The position numbers were made by a program, and so were the translations under genes. From Hyphomonadaceae bacterium UBA2389 (GTDB lineage: Bacteria; Pseudomonadota; Alphaproteobacteria; Caulobacterales; Aquidulcibacteraceae), in the NCBI GenBank assembly GCA_002343395.1, contig DDSN01000143.1, positions 2,873 to 66,872 of the forward strand: a stretch of 64,000 nucleotides of DNA. Reading direction: 5' to 3'. The notes under the pieces were generated by a model. The model was not told the DNA's origin. It searched no databases and saw nothing but the letters and a program-made list of their open reading frames with translations. Positions 50,538 to 60,656 of this stretch are shown here, in pieces. Numbering within the stretch: the first letter of the stretch is position 1; each line of letters opens with the position of its first letter.

Positions 50538-51668
50538 ATGAACACGATTGCCGCTTACGTGTTTCGCCAAGCGTTAGGGCCGCTTTTAGCGATCCTCGGC
50601 GCGCTGGCCGCCATCGCCATCCTCACCCAGGGGCTCAACCAACTCGACATCATCATAACGAACCGAAGCGCCGGACTCGCGTTCGCCTGGGTCACAATCC
50701 TTGCGTTACCGCAACTAATCTCCCTCATCCTGCCCATGGCCGTCTTCATAGCGGTGGTTTATGCGCTGAACCGCATGCACCGAGAGAGCGAGGTCGCGGT
50801 GCTGTACGGCGCGGGCGTGTCCCGCCAACGGATCGCGGGTCCGATCATCCAGTTGGCGACGCTGGCGGCCCTCGTTCACCTAGCGATCAATGTCGTTATC
50901 CAGCCAGCAGCTTTCACGGAACGTCGCGAGGTCCTTTTTGACCTGCGCACCGACATTGCGTCGAGCCTCATTCAAGAGGGATCGTTCACCTTTCCCGCGG
51001 AGGGACTGACCCTTTACGCGCGGGAACGCGGTGGCTCTGGCGAGCTCCGCGACCTTCTGATCAACGATGCACGACCAAATCCCGCCATAACCTATACCGC
51101 ACGCGCGGGCGCGATCGTCACGATTGAGGGCGCCCCCGCGATCGTGATGCGCGACGGCCAAATCCAACGCCAATCCGAGGATGGTTCCGTCGATGTCCTC
51201 GATTTCGACCGCTACATGCTGCAGATGGGCCGCGTGTTCGAGGAGCCGGAGCTGTTTTTCCTCAAAGCCTCGGACCGCACGCTTTTCGAACTTTTTTTTC
51301 CCGATCGCACCGCTCACTACGATCAACGCAATATTGATCGCTTTTTTGCCGAGGCCCATGCGCGGCTTTCCGCCCCGCTGCTGAGCGTGGCGCTCGCCAT
51401 GGTCGGTCTGTGTGGCGTCCTGCTCGGCGAATTTAGCCGCCAGGGCTATGGAAGGCGGATTGCAGCAGCGGCCGTCGTCGCGCTTACCGTGCGCCTGTTT
51501 TCGCTGGCGGCAGGAGCGGCAGCCGTTGAAGAGCCGGACTTGAACATCGTGCAGTACGCCATTCCCCTAAGCGTGATCCTCATCACTGGATTGATGCTGG
51601 GTGGCAGAAGCGCGCGGCGGCGCAGACATTCCTTAGGGCCATCGGTCCTCGCCGGGGCGCGGCCATGA
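50538..51668 (+). CDS. lptF: LPS export ABC transporter permease LptF
   Basis: 3 TM + beta-jellyroll + 3 TM, ESEVAVLYGAGVS; divergent from pepA. Confidence 0.88.
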   Translation: MNTIAAYVFRQALGPLLAILGALAAIAILTQGLNQLDIIITNRSAGLAFAWVTILALPQLISLILPMAVFIAVVYALNRMHRESEVAVLYGAGVSRQRIAGPIIQLATLAALVHLAINVVIQPAAFTERREVLFDLRTDIASSLIQEGSFTFPAEGLTLYARERGGSGELRDLLINDARPNPAITYTARAGAIVTIEGAPAIVMRDGQIQRQSEDGSVDVLDFDRYMLQMGRVFEEPELFFLKASDRTLFELFFPDRTAHYDQRNIDRFFAEAHARLSAPLLSVALAMVGLCGVLLGEFSRQGYGRRIAAAAVVALTVRLFSLAAGAAAVEEPDLNIVQYAIPLSVILITGLMLGGRSARRRRHSLGPSVLAGARP

Positions 51669-52765
51669 CCTTCCTTTTCTCGCACCTGGGTCGTTACGTG
51701 ACAGGACGCGTCATCGGAGGCGTGTTCGTCGCGCTCGTGGCGGTGCTCGCATCCATTTTGCTCATCGACATGGTTGAGCAAATGCGCACGGTTGGCACGA
51801 GAGCAGAACTCGGCATGATGGAGGCGCTGCGCCTCACCTTGTTGAAAACGCCCACTCTGATCGAGCAGACCCTGCCGTTTGTCGTCCTCGCCGGCACGAT
51901 GATGGCGATTATAGGCTTGAACAGATCCAGCGAGCTTGTGGCCTTGAGGGCGGCGGGGATTTCCGCTTGGCGTTTTTTGGCCCCGTCAGCGTTCGTCGGG
52001 CTGGCGCTTGGCGTCGTCGCGGTGACGGCCCTAAATCCGATCGGCGCCTACCTCTACCAGCAGTTCGAGAGCGAGAAGGAAGACGCTTTGGTCGATTCTG
52101 GCCTGACAGCCGGCGCGAATGGCGTGTGGATTCGCCAAGGCGACCCGGACGGCCAAGTCGTCATTCATGCCGAAGGTGTCGACGCAAGCGGCACCCGCCT
52201 TCAGGGCGCGACCTTCATGTTCTTCGAAATGCAGCAAGACACGCTGCGCTTTACGCGCCGCATTCACGCCCAGGACGCGGAACTGATGCCAGGGTTCTGG
52301 CAGCTGACCGACATCGTGGAGGCGATTCCGGGTGGGCGGCCATCCACCCAGGAGCACTTGGCAATCCCGACCACCCTCGATGCAACCGAACTCATCAACC
52401 GGTTTGTAAACCCTGCGACCTTGTCATTTTGGGTTCTGCCGACCTTCATTCATGAGGCGCGCGCCGCGGGCTTCGCGCCCACCCGTTACGAGCTCAAGTG
52501 GCAGAGCCTCTTAGCTTATCCACTGCTTTTGGCGGTCATGGCAGCGCTCGGGGCGGCATTCTCCCTGCAAATGCAGCGTTTGGGGAACCTGGCGCGCTGG
52601 GGCGCCGCCGGGGTCGGAATTGGTCTCTTTCTGTTCTTCTACAGTCAACTGGCGGGCGCTTTCGCCATGACCCAAACGGTGCCGCCGCCCGTGGCCGCCT
52701 GGAGCCCGCCGCTGGCGGGCCTGTTCATTGCGTTGGCCATGGTGGCGTTTCTCGAAGACGGCTAG
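51665..52765 (+). CDS. lptG: LPS export ABC transporter permease LptG
   Basis: SSELVALRAAGISAWRF, WIRQ, AAWSP, FLEDG end. Confidence 0.9.
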   Translation: MTFLFSHLGRYVTGRVIGGVFVALVAVLASILLIDMVEQMRTVGTRAELGMMEALRLTLLKTPTLIEQTLPFVVLAGTMMAIIGLNRSSELVALRAAGISAWRFLAPSAFVGLALGVVAVTALNPIGAYLYQQFESEKEDALVDSGLTAGANGVWIRQGDPDGQVVIHAEGVDASGTRLQGATFMFFEMQQDTLRFTRRIHAQDAELMPGFWQLTDIVEAIPGGRPSTQEHLAIPTTLDATELINRFVNPATLSFWVLPTFIHEARAAGFAPTRYELKWQSLLAYPLLLAVMAALGAAFSLQMQRLGNLARWGAAGVGIGLFLFFYSQLAGAFAMTQTVPPPVAAWSPPLAGLFIALAMVAFLEDG

Positions 52766-52876
52766 CGTCACGCGGGACACAGGAGCTCCAAACCCTGCAG
52801 ACATGCGGCTTTGAATGCTGGACGCCTGCCTAGTCCCGCGCTTAGGAATGGTCGCGGAGTCGCTAGAGGGAAGCGT

Positions 52877-55114
52877 ATGAGCCGTTTGGGGGAAATGGCG
52901 CCATTCGGCTGGGCTGCGGCAGCTGCCGCGCTTGCCGTGGGCGTGGGCCCTGCGGCCTTGGCGCAGACGCCGACCGCAGCGCCTTCCCCAGAAAGCACCG
53001 CCAGCCAGGCCAACGAAAACGTCGTGCTGGAAGCGGATGAATTGGTCGACGACGAAGCCGCCCGCACCATAACCGCGCAGGGCGATGTTCAGGTTCGCTA
53101 CCAAGGGCGCACCATGCGCGCCGACCGCCTCGTATACAATCTCAGCACCGGCGACATCACCGCTATCGGGAACGTGCAGATCGTGGCGGAAGACGGCTCG
53201 GTGACCTACGCTGAGCAGGTCGAGGCCGATGAAGCGATGAATGTGGGATCAGCCCGCGAACTTCGCGCGCGCCTCGGAGGAACATCTACGCTCGCCGCAC
53301 GCGAGGCTCGGCGTAACGGCGAAGGCGAAAGCGAACTTCGCAATGTCATCTACACCAGCTGCCCCATCTGCGAAACGGAGGACCGCCCACCGACCTGGAG
53401 CCTGCGCGCGCGCCGAGCCGTGCAGGACCACGAGAGCCGAACAATCTCATACCAAGGCGCCGTGCTCGAAATCGTCGGCGTTCCTGTCTTGTACATCCCG
53501 TTTATCGCGCACCCAGACCCAACGATTGGGCGCTCATCGGGATTGCTGCCGCCAGACATCGGACGCAACAACCGCCTGGGCACGTTCTACGAGCAACCTT
53601 ATTACTGGGCGATCTCGCCGTCCCAAGATCTTACGACCTCGCTGCGGCTGCATGGGAACGTAAACCCGCTTGTCGGCGTCGAGTATCGCAAGCGTTTCTG
53701 GTCAGGACAGCTCAGTCTTGAAACGACCTTCACCCAGGAGCGCCTTTTCGACACCGAGGGCGACCGGTTTGACGAAAACAAGTTTCGCTATAGCGCATTC
53801 GGTCAGGGCCGTTTCCGCATAAACGACTACTGGGATTGGGGCTTTGGGCTCGAGCGCAGCTACGACGACGGCTACTTGCGCCGATACGAAGTCGACGGGG
53901 CGGGCCAGAGGCACGGCCCCTACCTGGGACGCGAAACGCGCCTGATTTCGCAACTCTTTGCAATCGGGCAAGACGCGAACTCGTTCAGTTCGATTTCAGC
54001 CGTATCGTTTCAAGGGCTGCGGGATGAGGATAGCTCCGATCTGCTCCCGCTTATCCTGCCTTTCGCTGAAACGGAGCACGTCCTTACCGACCCACTGTTT
54101 GACGGGCAGTTGCGGCTGCAAGCGAACACCGCCGCGCTGGCGCGGGAGGACAACCCGGCGACCCTCGCCTTCGAAGGCAACGACGCGCGACTCTCTCTCT
54201 CTGCAACTTGGCGAAAGGATACGATCTTCGGTCCGGGCCTCGTTCTCAGCCCCTTCGCCCAGGCAAGGGGAGATATGTTCGCAGTTGAGACATCCGAAAA
54301 CAACGTTGAAACTTTTACGCGAGGCGCGGGCCTAGCTGGCGCGGAAGTCAGCTGGCCGTTCATGCGCCCGGGCGAGCGCTTCGATGTTGTTGTCGAACCT
54401 GTGGTCATGGCGGCAGTCGCGACCGACGAGCAGCCCGACCCTCGCATCGTCAACGAAGACAGCCTTGCTTTCGAACTCGATGACTCGAACCTGTTCAGGC
54501 CTAACGCCGCCCCGAATTACGATCTGTGGGAACCCGGCGCACGGGTGAGCACGGGCGTGCGCGCGACGGCGCGCGCTCACTCCGGCCAGAGCGCAACACT
54601 CATGTTTGGGCGGCGTTGGCGCGAAGACTCAGCGCCCGGCTTTACCGATCAGAACAATCTTGGAGGGAGCCGTTCAGACTGGGTCGCCGCCAGCCAGATC
54701 GACCTGGGCCGAAATTTCGGCGCGGAAGCCCGCATTCGGCTCGAAGACGAGACGCTCTCCGTACAACGTATCGATTTGGGCGTGCGCGGAGCACTTGGCC
54801 GCTTCTCAGGCACCGCCCGCTACTACGACATTGAAGATTCGGTCCAGACCGACCCCACTGCCCCCAACTCCGAAGTAAGCGCCCAACTGGGCGTCGAACT
54901 GGCACGAGGCTGGCGAGCGCAGTTCGGCGTCGTCCGCGACCTCGATTCAGACATAAACCTGCGCCAGGACATCCGCGCCATTTATGAGGACGATTGCACC
55001 TTTCTCGAGATTTCCTACACCCGATCGGAAACGACGAGAGGAACGATCGGCCCCGACGAAGGCGTGCAGATCAGGGTTGGCCTGCGCTCTCTCGGGGTCT
55101 TCGGCGGCAGCTGA
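52877..55114 (+). CDS. lptD: LPS-assembly outer membrane protein LptD
   Basis: OstA N-domain, YTSCPIC, SGLLPP, PYYW, NEDS, YEDDC; start 52877 or 52895. Confidence 0.93.
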   Translation: MSRLGEMAPFGWAAAAAALAVGVGPAALAQTPTAAPSPESTASQANENVVLEADELVDDEAARTITAQGDVQVRYQGRTMRADRLVYNLSTGDITAIGNVQIVAEDGSVTYAEQVEADEAMNVGSARELRARLGGTSTLAAREARRNGEGESELRNVIYTSCPICETEDRPPTWSLRARRAVQDHESRTISYQGAVLEIVGVPVLYIPFIAHPDPTIGRSSGLLPPDIGRNNRLGTFYEQPYYWAISPSQDLTTSLRLHGNVNPLVGVEYRKRFWSGQLSLETTFTQERLFDTEGDRFDENKFRYSAFGQGRFRINDYWDWGFGLERSYDDGYLRRYEVDGAGQRHGPYLGRETRLISQLFAIGQDANSFSSISAVSFQGLRDEDSSDLLPLILPFAETEHVLTDPLFDGQLRLQANTAALAREDNPATLAFEGNDARLSLSATWRKDTIFGPGLVLSPFAQARGDMFAVETSENNVETFTRGAGLAGAEVSWPFMRPGERFDVVVEPVVMAAVATDEQPDPRIVNEDSLAFELDDSNLFRPNAAPNYDLWEPGARVSTGVRATARAHSGQSATLMFGRRWREDSAPGFTDQNNLGGSRSDWVAASQIDLGRNFGAEARIRLEDETLSVQRIDLGVRGALGRFSGTARYYDIEDSVQTDPTAPNSEVSAQLGVELARGWRAQFGVVRDLDSDINLRQDIRAIYEDDCTFLEISYTRSETTRGTIGPDEGVQIRVGLRSLGVFGGS

Positions 55115-55133
55115 GGCGGAGCGAAGTAGACGA

Positions 55134-56363
55134 ATGACTTTGAAGAAGCTTTCAACAGCGGCAGCGCTGGCGGCCATGCTCGGAGCCGCACAGCCAGTCG
55201 CCGCCCAAAACGCCGAGGGCGTCGCCGCTATCGTGAATGATAGCGTGATTTCGACGTTCGACGTTCGGCAGCGCGCGAGCCTTTTGCTCGTGTCCGCAGG
55301 CATGCAAATGACGCCAGAATTGATGCAGCGTGCAAGCGCTCAAGCGTTGCGCGACCTCGTCGACGAACACCTGCAAATTCAGGAAGCGCGCGAGTTTGAA
55401 ATCGAAGTCACCGACGAACAGCTTGATCGCCGCCTTGCCGACATCGCCCGGGGAAATCAGACCACTGTGGAGGGCTTGACTGCCCGCTTCGCGCAATCGG
55501 GCGTTTCGATTTCCACTCTACGGTCTCAACTTCGCGCCGACATTGCCTGGCAACGCTTAATCTCCGGAATGTACGGGAGCCGCGTCAGGATTTCCGAGGT
55601 GGAGGTCACCGAGACCCAGGAGCGCATTGCCGCCAACGCCACCCGGCCGCAGTATCAGATTTCGGAGATCTTCTTGCCTGCGGAGACGGAGACGGAGTTC
55701 GCCGAGATGGAACAGGGCGCGATGCGTTTGCTTGAGCAAATGCAGCGTGGAGCGCCTTTCCCGTTAGTGGCGCGCCAGTTCTCCCAGGCGCCTTCGGCAG
55801 CAGCGGGCGGCGACATCGGTTGGATCGCAGCGCCAGAATTGCCCATCGAGTTACAGCCCATCGCGGACCGTCTTCAGCAAGGACAGGTCTCGCTGCCCGT
55901 GCGGACGCCAACAGGCGTGTACATCATCGCCATGCGTGATCGCCGCGCCGGCGCCGACGCCGGTGCGACCACGTCCGTTTCCTTGCGGCAGGTCACAGCG
56001 CCTGCGGCCCGTCAAAGCTCCATGGCGCGCCTTCAGCGTCGCCTCGAAGGTTGTAACGATCTCGACGGCGCTGTGTCCGGCATCCAGGGCGCCACGGTCA
56101 TCGATCTCGGGCAAACACAAGAGTCTGAGTTGTCGCCCGCCATTCGTAGCCGGATCGACGGCGTCGAAAATGGACGCGCCTCGGCGCTGGAAACGACTCC
56201 TGACCAAGTTAACATGATCGTCGTGTGCGGCCGCGAAACCGGAGGCGGTGGGATTCCGAGTCGGGCTGAGATCGAAGACCGCCTACGCGAGCAGGAGCTG
56301 ACCATGTTGGCCGAGCGGTATCTGCGCAATCTGCGCCGCGAGGCGACAATCATCACCCGCTAA
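55134..56363 (+). CDS. surA: Periplasmic chaperone/PPIase SurA
   Basis: AAIVNDSVIS, ARQFSQ....GGDIGW, YLRNLRREA; between lptD and pdxA. Confidence 0.88.
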   Translation: MTLKKLSTAAALAAMLGAAQPVAAQNAEGVAAIVNDSVISTFDVRQRASLLLVSAGMQMTPELMQRASAQALRDLVDEHLQIQEAREFEIEVTDEQLDRRLADIARGNQTTVEGLTARFAQSGVSISTLRSQLRADIAWQRLISGMYGSRVRISEVEVTETQERIAANATRPQYQISEIFLPAETETEFAEMEQGAMRLLEQMQRGAPFPLVARQFSQAPSAAAGGDIGWIAAPELPIELQPIADRLQQGQVSLPVRTPTGVYIIAMRDRRAGADAGATTSVSLRQVTAPAARQSSMARLQRRLEGCNDLDGAVSGIQGATVIDLGQTQESELSPAIRSRIDGVENGRASALETTPDQVNMIVVCGRETGGGGIPSRAEIEDRLREQELTMLAERYLRNLRREATIITR

Positions 56364-56369
56364 CCCGCG

Positions 56370-57380
56370 ATGAAGCCGCTTGCCGTTTCGATGGGCGATC
56401 CCGCTGGGATCGGCCTTGAACTGGCGATGCGTGTTTGGAGCGAACGCGAGGCCGCAACGCCGCGCTTCTACCTTGTGGCTGATCCGGACGCCGTCCTGCG
56501 CGCGGCGCGGCGCATTGGCCTGCCAACGCCGCGCCTTCAGGTTTCCGATAACCCTTCGGAACTCGTCGGCAAGCCCGACGTCCTGGGTGTTTTCTCAACT
56601 GGGCTAGCCATTGAGGAAATCCCAGGCGCACCTGACCCGCGCAATGCGCAGGCGACGATCTTGGCGATCGAGCGCGGTGTAGCGGCCGTTAGCGGCGGCG
56701 CCGCTTCCGCGCTGGTCACGCTCCCGATCTCGAAGTCGGTTCTGCAAGGGCAAGGCTTTGGCTTCCCCGGCCATACAGAGTGCATCGCCCATCTCACTCA
56801 AAACATGAATTGGCCGTGCCAGCGCGGACCTGTGATGATGTTGGCGGGTCCCACGCTAAGAGTCGCTCTGGCGACCATCCATACGCCGCTCCGCGATGTG
56901 GCGTCGGCGCTAACCTCTGAACGCATCGTAGTCGTTGGCCGCGTCGTGGGCGAGGCTCTGCAACGGGACTTCGGCATTGATGCTCCGAGAATCGCCCTTT
57001 GCGGACTCAATCCGCACGCTGGCGAACAGGGACGCATTGGTCGCGAGGAGATTGACGTCATCAACCCCGCGGCAGCCCAACTCCGCGCGGAAGGATGGAA
57101 CGTAAGCGATGCGCGCTCGGCGGATGCATTGTTTCATGATGCGGCACGTCGCGACTACGACGCAGTTATCGCGCTCTATCACGACCAAGGCCTCATTCCG
57201 ATCAAGACGCTCCACTTCTGGGACGCGGTGAACATTACGCTCGGCTTGCCGATTATCCGCACGTCGCCGGATCACGGCACAGGCTTTGACATCGCCGGCA
57301 CAGGCCTCGCACGCCCCGACAGTCTTCGTTCGGCGCTTCGGCAAGCCTGGGACATGGCGGCGCGCCGCTCCGGCGCATGA
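56370..57380 (+). CDS. pdxA: 4-hydroxythreonine-4-phosphate dehydrogenase
   Basis: MGDPAGIG, FPGHTE, GLNPHAGE, YHDQGLIP, RTSPDHGT. Confidence 0.96.
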   Translation: MKPLAVSMGDPAGIGLELAMRVWSEREAATPRFYLVADPDAVLRAARRIGLPTPRLQVSDNPSELVGKPDVLGVFSTGLAIEEIPGAPDPRNAQATILAIERGVAAVSGGAASALVTLPISKSVLQGQGFGFPGHTECIAHLTQNMNWPCQRGPVMMLAGPTLRVALATIHTPLRDVASALTSERIVVVGRVVGEALQRDFGIDAPRIALCGLNPHAGEQGRIGREEIDVINPAAAQLRAEGWNVSDARSADALFHDAARRDYDAVIALYHDQGLIPIKTLHFWDAVNITLGLPIIRTSPDHGTGFDIAGTGLARPDSLRSALRQAWDMAARRSGA

Positions 57381-58207
57381 ACGCGGACGATCTCCCCACG
57401 CTTCGTGGCGAGCTCGAAGCGCACGGACTCTGGGCGCGCAAGAGCCTCGGCCAGCATTTCCTGCTCGATTTGAACATCACGCGTCGCATAGCGCGCGCCG
57501 CCGGCGAAATCTCGGGGAAACCGGTCATCGAAGTCGGACCTGGTCCCGGCGGGTTAACACGCGCGCTGCTGGAAGCCGGCGCGAACCCGCTTATCGTCAT
57601 CGAGAAGGACGTGCGATTCCTGCCGCTCCTTCAGCCACTGATCGCCTGGAGCGGCAATCGGTTGGTGATTGTTGAGGGCGATGCCCTCGCCGTCGATGAG
57701 TCGATGCTCACCACGCACCGCGCAGCCGTGGTCTCCAACCTCCCCTACAACGTCGGCACTGCTCTACTTGTGAAGTGGCTGAAGGCTGGGCCCTGGCGTG
57801 GCGACATGACCTTGATGTTCCAAAAGGAGGTGGCGCAACGCATTGTCGCTGGACCATCCCATGACGCCTACGGGCGCCTTGCCGTGCTCGTTCAGGCGCG
57901 ATGCCAGGCGCGCATGGAATTTGTCGTGCCAGCGCGCGCCTTTACACCTCCGCCGAAGGTCGCTTCCGCGGTCGTGAGCTTGCGAGATCGAGCCGACCCC
58001 TATCACGATTTGGAAGCACTCGAACGCGTAACCGCCGCTGCATTCGGCCAAAGGCGCAAGATGCTGCGCAGTGCTCTTCGAACATTGACGCCAGAGGCGG
58101 ATTCACTCCTGCTAGACGCCGGCCTCGATCCCACCGCACGCGCCGAGGCGATCGACCAAGCAGGATTTCGCCGACTTGCCGACGCCTGGCGATCCCTGGC
58201 CGGTTGA
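57377..58207 (+). CDS. rsmA: 16S rRNA dimethyladenosine transferase
   Basis: KSLGQHFL, EVGPGPGGLT, NLPYN, MFQKEVA, F.PPPKV.S, FGQRRKMLR. Confidence 0.97.
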   Translation: MNADDLPTLRGELEAHGLWARKSLGQHFLLDLNITRRIARAAGEISGKPVIEVGPGPGGLTRALLEAGANPLIVIEKDVRFLPLLQPLIAWSGNRLVIVEGDALAVDESMLTTHRAAVVSNLPYNVGTALLVKWLKAGPWRGDMTLMFQKEVAQRIVAGPSHDAYGRLAVLVQARCQARMEFVVPARAFTPPPKVASAVVSLRDRADPYHDLEALERVTAAAFGQRRKMLRSALRTLTPEADSLLLDAGLDPTARAEAIDQAGFRRLADAWRSLAG

Positions 58208-58208
58208 G

Positions 58209-59039
58209 TCAAGCAGTTGCTGATACAATCCAGCAGGCCGCCGCAAGCCGCACCGCGCCATCCCGATAGAGCGGCTCCAAGTGCTCAATCAACCGCGCCT
58301 TCGCCATAGCTGGGTCGAGACCTTGCTCCGCGAGCGCGCGAGCGCACGGACCGATGTGCAACAAGAAGTCAGCGATTTTCGGCAGGTCGCCCTCGCCACC
58401 CACCGGGATGTGATCATCCCAACGTGCAATCTCGATGTCACGCCAACCAGCGCCGGACAGAATGCGCTCCACTTTTTTGGGGTCGGCGAATGCAAACGGC
58501 CCCGGAGCATCCGCATCAGGCGGAACTGGCGGCGTTCCAAGCATCGGCGCAAGCGCGATCATTGGCGCGGTCGCCCAGTCGTTCTCCGTAACTGTGCGCC
58601 AACATGCGAACACCAACCGCCCCGCCGGCCGCAACAATGAACGAATGTTTGCGAACGCAGCTTCAGGCGCTTCAAAAAACATTACGCCGAAGCGCGAGAA
58701 GGCGGCGTCAAACGCGACGTCGGCCGAAAAATGCGTCGCGTCGGCCTCGACAAACTCCGCCGCACCGCTCGCCCGCATGCGCGCCACAGCTAAGAGCGGC
58801 GGTGAGAGATCTACCCCTAGGACCGATCCGCTCGCACCCACACGACGCGCGATCTCAAGGCTGGTGGCGCCCGCGCCGCAACCGATATCCAGCACGCGGT
58901 CGCCCGCTTTGAAGCCCGCGCGCAGCAGCGCGGCTTGCGCGACGCCTGCCAGCATGGCGTCAATCTGGACAGCGTGCGCCGCCCACTCGCCGCCAACCTT
59001 CCCGGACCAATATTCTTTTTGCGTCGGCGTTTCGGCCAT
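58209..59039 (-). CDS. Class I SAM-dependent methyltransferase
   Basis: QKEYW.G..G..W, VLDIGCGAG, SRFGVMFF, PGPFAFAD. Confidence 0.88.
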   Translation of the reverse strand: MAETPTQKEYWSGKVGGEWAAHAVQIDAMLAGVAQAALLRAGFKAGDRVLDIGCGAGATSLEIARRVGASGSVLGVDLSPPLLAVARMRASGAAEFVEADATHFSADVAFDAAFSRFGVMFFEAPEAAFANIRSLLRPAGRLVFACWRTVTENDWATAPMIALAPMLGTPPVPPDADAPGPFAFADPKKVERILSGAGWRDIEIARWDDHIPVGGEGDLPKIADFLLHIGPCARALAEQGLDPAMAKARLIEHLEPLYRDGAVRLAAACWIVSATA

Positions 59040-59091
59040 AGACTGCTCCCATCCTCACGCCGCGCCAGCGTGTGCTTAAGCACGCGCTGGT

Positions 59092-59730
59092 TCAAACTCC
59101 GCGCTTCAATCGCTCCACGTGTAGCTTAAGCCACAATTGCCGCGCCCGCTTCAACCGTTCCGCCGCTAGGATTTGCCTAATCTGGGTGAGCGTCTGTTCC
59201 AGGAGCGTATTTACAAGGACGTAATCGTATTCTTCCCAATGTGAGATTTCGTCGAGCGAACGCGCCATGCGTTTTTTGATGACCTCGTCGCTGTCCTCAT
59301 TGCGCGCCCGCAGGCGCCTGTCCAACTCCGCCATTGAGGGCGGCAGAATGAATATGCCGACGACATCCATGGGCTCGGCGGCGCGCAGCGCGCGCGCGCC
59401 TTGCCAATCAACATCGAACAACACGTCGCGCCCTTGAATCAGCATCGCCTCAACTGGCGCTCGCGGCGTCCCATAATGGTTCCCGAACACCATCGCATGT
59501 TCGAGGAATTCGCCCTTGTCGGCCATATCCTCGAACTGCTCTTTGCTCATGAATTTGTACTCGCGACCATCGACCTCGCTTGGGCGCGGCGCGCGCGTCG
59601 TCGCCGAAACCGAAAGCGACATGTTGTCGTCGGCTTCAAGCAGCTTTCGCGCAAGCGTCGATTTGCCCGCCCCAGAGGGGCTGGACAGCACGAACATCAA
59701 ACCTCGCCGCGCGACATATTCATTCAACAT
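59092..59730 (-). CDS. gmk: Guanylate kinase
   Basis: SSPSGAGKS, SATTRAPR, NHYGT, FDVDWQGA. Confidence 0.97.
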   Translation of the reverse strand: MLNEYVARRGLMFVLSSPSGAGKSTLARKLLEADDNMSLSVSATTRAPRPSEVDGREYKFMSKEQFEDMADKGEFLEHAMVFGNHYGTPRAPVEAMLIQGRDVLFDVDWQGARALRAAEPMDVVGIFILPPSMAELDRRLRARNEDSDEVIKKRMARSLDEISHWEEYDYVLVNTLLEQTLTQIRQILAAERLKRARQLWLKLHVERLKRGV

Positions 59731-60619
59731 TGGCGGCTTGCTCCTTGATCTGATCGACCACGGCTTTGAGATCGAGACCGATGCGCGTCAGCTCCAGGTC
59801 TTGCGACTTCGAACAAAGCGTATTTGCTTCGCGGGTCAATTCCTGACCCAGGAAGTCAAGCCGCCGTCCTGCCGCTTCAGGCGTCGCGAGGAGGATGCGC
59901 AATTCGGTCGTATGCGCGGCCAGTCGTTCGAGTTCTTCCGCAACGTCGGCGCGCATCGCCGCAAGCGCCGCTTCCTGCGCCAAGCGCTGCTGATCGAACA
60001 CCACATCCGGCGCAAGCGCGGACAGCCGGGATTTGATACGCTCCAACGCGGCGGTCGGCGCCGCGGCGGCGGTCGCGCGGGCTCGTGCTACCAAACCATC
60101 CAGCCGGTCCGCGGCCTCGCCAAGCACAGTCGCCAGCATGCGTCCTTCGCTGGCACGCGCGGTCGCCAGTCCCTCAAACGCCGTCCCAAGTCCGGCCAAC
60201 AGCGCCGCCTCCGCGCGCGCGCGCGCGTCCTCGCCCAAACTCGAATCCTCGCTGACCAGAACACCGCGCAAGCTGAGCATGCCGTCCCAACGCGGCTTCT
60301 TGACGTGCCCGGCTTTGATATGGGGCGCGCCAGCTTCGAGGAGCCGCGCGATCAACGCCGCGTCAACCTCCACAGCGGCCGATGCGCCAGCGTCCCGCGT
60401 CAGAGTGAGCGATGCCTGCAGCGAGCCGCGCTTGAACATCCTCGCCGCGAGCGAGCGCGCCGGTTGCTCCAATCCGTCAAAACCAAGTGGGGTCCGAAGC
60501 TTTACGTCGAGTCCGCGGCCATTGACGCTCTTGGCCTCCCACAGCCAGCGCTGCGCGCCCAGCTCCTCGGAAAGACGCCCTTCCGCTCGGGCAAAGCCAG
60601 TCATGCCTGAAATGGTCAT
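59720..60619 (-). CDS. yicC: YicC/YloC family endoribonuclease
   Basis: SGMTGFAR, KSVNGRGLD, EELERL, GRRLDFL.QE..REANTLCSK. Confidence 0.94.
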   Translation of the reverse strand: MTISGMTGFARAEGRLSEELGAQRWLWEAKSVNGRGLDVKLRTPLGFDGLEQPARSLAARMFKRGSLQASLTLTRDAGASAAVEVDAALIARLLEAGAPHIKAGHVKKPRWDGMLSLRGVLVSEDSSLGEDARARAEAALLAGLGTAFEGLATARASEGRMLATVLGEAADRLDGLVARARATAAAAPTAALERIKSRLSALAPDVVFDQQRLAQEAALAAMRADVAEELERLAAHTTELRILLATPEAAGRRLDFLGQELTREANTLCSKSQDLELTRIGLDLKAVVDQIKEQAANVE

Positions 60620-60656
60620 AACCTGGTCGTTTCATTGGCCCGAAAGTTCGTCAAGC